Made by a program: the position numbers and the translations under genes | Part shown: positions 60,701-64,000 of the stretch, piece by piece | Numbering within the stretch: the stretch's first letter is position 1 | Layout of the letters: the number at the start of each line of letters is the position of its first letter | Notes under the pieces: generated by a model | The model's input: the letters and a program-made list of their open reading frames with translations, nothing else | The model's database searches: none | Told to the model about the DNA's origin: nothing | Source of the DNA: Diadema antillarum | Taxonomy: Eukaryota | DNA: 64,000 bases | NCBI RefSeq assembly: GCF_040938485.1 | Contig: NW_027271091.1 | Location: 248,001 to 312,000, forward strand | Direction: 5' to 3'

Positions 60701-62409
60701 TGACATGGTTAGTTCACTCATTTGCATATTCATATCTACTGTACACGAAATGTTATGCAGAAATTAGCAAAGCTTCAAAATGTCATAACTTCTTTACTTT
60801 TCATCCGATTTCAGTCAATTACTGTTGAACTCGTAAGATTTTACTTTTTTTTATCAGACTAAGTTTTATTTGGACTGGATTTTCTCTTAAAGAGAGTAGT
60901 CATTTCTAATGGTAGAAAACAAAGCAAAAAAAAAAAAAAAAGGGAAACAAGAAGGAATATCAAACTTTTTGGACCGATATTGGCACGCTGTATATTTGCC
61001 AAAACCTTTCGATGTGTAATGTAAAATCATAATTTGTCCAGCGTTACAGATTTTTTTTTCTTTTTATCCGCTGTTACTCTTGGTGAATAACATGATCGTA
61101 TGCTCGATCTATATCATTAAGAATATCAAGTGAAAAAGAAGGAACTACTCTGAGGGTTTATTTTTACCCGCGTCACCGTCTGATATCCGACGACGGTACT
61201 ATTAAAGAGCTAGAGCTATTTCACGGCAGTTAAACAATATGTTTGAACAAATTACCCAATGCCTACCTCTTTCGTTGTCTTTTGATCTTATTCATAAAAG
61301 CTTCTAGTAGGCGAGTTATAAGAATGCATTTCTTTGTGGAAAGAGTGCGAGTACCCTTTGTTTGATCTTCTTCCAAGGCTTGTGAACATATGTATGTGTT
61401 CAGCAACCAATAATTTCTTAACTATATTTACACAATATAACCTTGTTATCCACCCACATTTCTTATAATAATATACCTCACATACTTTCGGATAAATGCT
61501 GCGATAAGTGAGAATATTTCAGTCATTTTGGTTTTGACCTTCATATCCATTCCTTAAGGTGAACAAAGCCCCGTTATTTTCTGACTATGCGAAAGACATG
61601 CCATCCCCACGGATCTTAAAGACCCACTGTCTTCCCGACTGGCTGCCCTTGGATATCAGATCAGACGACCCCAAAGTAAAGGTCATCTACGTGGCAAGGA
61701 ATCCAAAGGACACCGCAGTGTCTCTCTACCACTTCTGTCGCTTACTTCGACATCTGCCGTCCTACGAGACTTGGGATATCTTCTTTGAGGAGTTCATCGC
61801 CGGAAGAGGTTAGTGGCGTTACGCCTACGAGTTTAGAGGTACACCAGAAGTGCAAAATATGTTTCCAACATGAAGTTCAGGATGATCGTTCTCCTACGAT
61901 AAATTTTGAGGTGGGGAGGATTTTATTGGAAAAAAAAAAGAGATACCCTCATACCAAATAACCTTCTCGAGGATATTCAAATGTATCAGTCATCAACAAG
62001 CTTTACGAGTGTAAGTGAAAAAGAAAACCTCGTATTGAAAGATGCAATAAAAGAGATTAAGCGTCACCAAAAATGTTGTTCCCCTCTTAATACCATCTAT
62101 GTAGCTATGGGATTACCCACTTTAGATTTTGACACTAAAATAGCCAATCTAAGTTGTTGATTTAATACTATGGCTAATGTGCCTAACATTATATTATGTA
62201 GAACACTGCATCTTTGACTGAACACTTAAATGCAATTTGCAACATTTGAATAGTTTTAGTTGTGAATTTCCAATTGAAGGTAAATGTCGTGTTGTCGTTG
62301 ATTTTTTTTTTCAGCGATAATGGGATCCTGGTTTGAGAACGTCCTACCCTGGTGGAGAAGAAGAAATCATCCAAACGTGCTCTTCCTCAAGTACGAAGAC
62401 ATGAAGAAG
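57729..62409 (+). CDS. Cytosolic sulfotransferase copy 5, 3'-partial (exons 6-7 lie beyond the window). Exons: 57729-57750, 58082-58264, 59961-60088, 61559-61808, 62315-62409
   Basis: Exon sizes are identical to copy 4 (22,183,128,250,95) and in frame: MACSRHAERAPESDQP...TYIKSGTTW...PRILKTH...RNPKDTAVS...GSWFENVLPWW...KYEDMKK|gt. Confidence 0.92.
58481..58836. mobile_element. 356-bp near-perfect palindromic MITE with TTAA TSD (Kolobok-like, family K3)
   Basis: TTAA|AGGGGATAGCTAGTAATTGATCAGTGGGAATC ... GATTCCCACTGATCAGTTACTAGCCATCCCCT|TTAA; arms about 160 bp. Confidence 0.9.
60272..60887. mobile_element. TTAA-type MITE family K2 in intron 3 of copy 5
   Basis: TTAA|AGAGGAAATCCAGTCCAAATA...TTAGTCTGATAA and inverted right end TTATCAGACTAA...TTGGACTGGATTTTCTCT; empty site in intron 3 of copy 4 (about 41815-41845). 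Confidence 0.85.
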
Positions 62410-62768
62410 GTATGATGTGATTACACTAAATGCTAGGAAGCAATACAATCCAGTCATTTTATTTGCATGTGCCTCAGGACAACTTGAATCCATTTAATAA
62501 TTTGACGTATATAATATTCAAAGATGAACTTTTCGTGATCCATTTGAGAAATAATTTCTGTCCTTAAAGAGATATCGATAATGTACTATGAATAAGGGAA
62601 GCATTGCTCCTTTGAGATATTGAGTATGAATTTCAAGAGAAAATGAGAAGAGAGAAAGGCAGATTTGTGCTTCTAAACGAGAATTAAAATGCTCTTAGCA
62701 AAGACAGTACAGTGAACTGCAAATTTATTTTGTTGCAAAGTATCAGATATACCAGAGTATTGCTATAT

Positions 62769-64000
62769 TGTTACGACCAAAATCACACTGAGAATGATCG
62801 CAAAAAAGAATCAATATATGAATGTTCAGGTGGTTTGTTAACAGTTATATTTCGGGTACAAACTTGTCAATCAGTATAATTAATACACAATTACTTTGAT
62901 ATACATCAGAATAACAATGCAATCATTTACACATGCTACAGTGGAGTCAACACAAGTTCCTTGTAATCTCCTGAAAATGTCCACAGATGATATGTCCGAT
63001 GCACAGATGGATATCCTCGATACACCGATGAAATGATCCCTCAAACGTAAATCACTAGGCACATGTTACTGTAATCCAAAGTATAAATCCAAAGTATAAA
63101 TCCACAGCGACACGTGTAGAATCCAGACGTAATGCCGACCGAGTCCAGTTGATGCGTGACTGATAATCCAGCGAAAAACTATCCAACGAGGAATCCAGCC
63201 CGTCACCGCTTCAATGTAGTAATGTCCATAGACATGATACTGGAATCGTTCACCAGTATAGGCGAATCAGTTCTCAGCAGGCAATATGTCTCCCAGACCT
63301 TATCTCCACAAATCGCAGGTCAGCAGGTAACACAGGACTGACTATGGCTGCGTTTATCAACTTTCCCCAGTTTAAACGACTTTCGAAAGCCCTTTCGATA
63401 GCCCTTTCGATAGCCCTTTCCATAGCCCTTTCGATAGCCCTTTCCATAGCCCTTTCGAAAGCCCTTTCCATAGCCCTTTCGAAAGCCCTGTCCACTCCCT
63501 GTACCATTAATGTGCCGCTTGTTTTCGTCGGCTGCGTTTATCAACTTTCGATAGCCCTTTCCATAGCCCTTTCGAGAGCTCTTTCCAAAGCCCTGACTGC
63601 CTGTACTATTAATGTGCCGCTTGTTTTCTAAGAAGGGACGGCGAAAAGCAATTACCATCATAAAGACATATCTTCCTTTGAGAGTGAGGAGTCATGATAC
63701 AATGCCACATGAATCAATTGTCTTCCTATCTGTGAGGCAGCTCCAGTTTAGCACATACTTCAAATATTTCTGAGTAGCGGCATGAGACATGGGATCAAAG
63801 GGAATGAGACTGTTGTTACTTTATTTCTCAAACCTTGTTGGTGAGAGAAACATCTCCTTGTTCCAAGCATATGCGTGCATTACACACAGCTGTATGTATA
63901 CACCTGTGTACACGTACTCGTGTGCACTTTACGTGGCGCGCGTCTTTCCAGAAACTGGAAACGCATGGTTGCGCAACTGCAGTATAGGGCGACCTAAAGG
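62769..64000. mobile_element. Insertion in intron 5 of copy 5 beginning TGTTACG (LTR-like end), runs off the window
   Basis: Homology to intron 5 of copy 4 stops abruptly at 62768 and the new sequence starts TG (TGTTACGACC), as LTR termini do. The other end and TSD are not visible. Confidence 0.45.
63378..63590. repeat. 12-bp minisatellite GCCCTTTC(G/C)A(T/A)A in two tandem GGCTGCGTTTATCAACT-headed units
   Basis: 8 full 12-mers at 63389-63484; second shorter array about 63547-63590; heads at 63346 and 63529. Confidence 0.9.

Noticed and set aside
63274-63661. ORFs with SIAL / ERAM / GYGK repeats as real proteins
   Set aside because: They are open only because a stop-free 12-bp minisatellite is read in several frames; there is no splice or start context support.

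Overview
Eukaryotic, AT-rich, intron-containing DNA from a scaffolded draft assembly (three N gaps). The repeat landscape and gene content suggest an echinoderm such as a sea urchin; this is inference. The window holds a head-to-tail array of five + strand cytosolic PAPS-dependent sulfotransferase genes (SULT1-like) that share a 7-coding-exon structure. Copy 1 (1328?-10647) has two frameshifts around the RKG/GDW motif as assembled. Copy 2 (14564-19431) is a probable pseudogene with a lost acceptor, a +4 and a -1 indel, and RKG changed to KKG. Copies 3 (23500-32240, 324 aa) and 4 (37477-52487, 329 aa) are intact. Copy 5 (57729->62409) runs off the window. The three undisrupted copies carry an unusual Pro->Val/Ile change in the 5'-PSB loop, and amino-acid changes cluster strongly in the substrate-pocket segments. 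Introns and spacers are full of non-autonomous DNA transposons (TTAA Kolobok-like, hAT, PIF/Harbinger, TA-target, foldback), a LINE 3' fragment and an LTR-like end. There is also an unclassified 5.15-kb element with CGGCCG termini, a 4-bp TSD, phased subterminal repeats and an internal spliced mini-gene candidate. All exon boundaries and counts were read by hand and no database searches were run.
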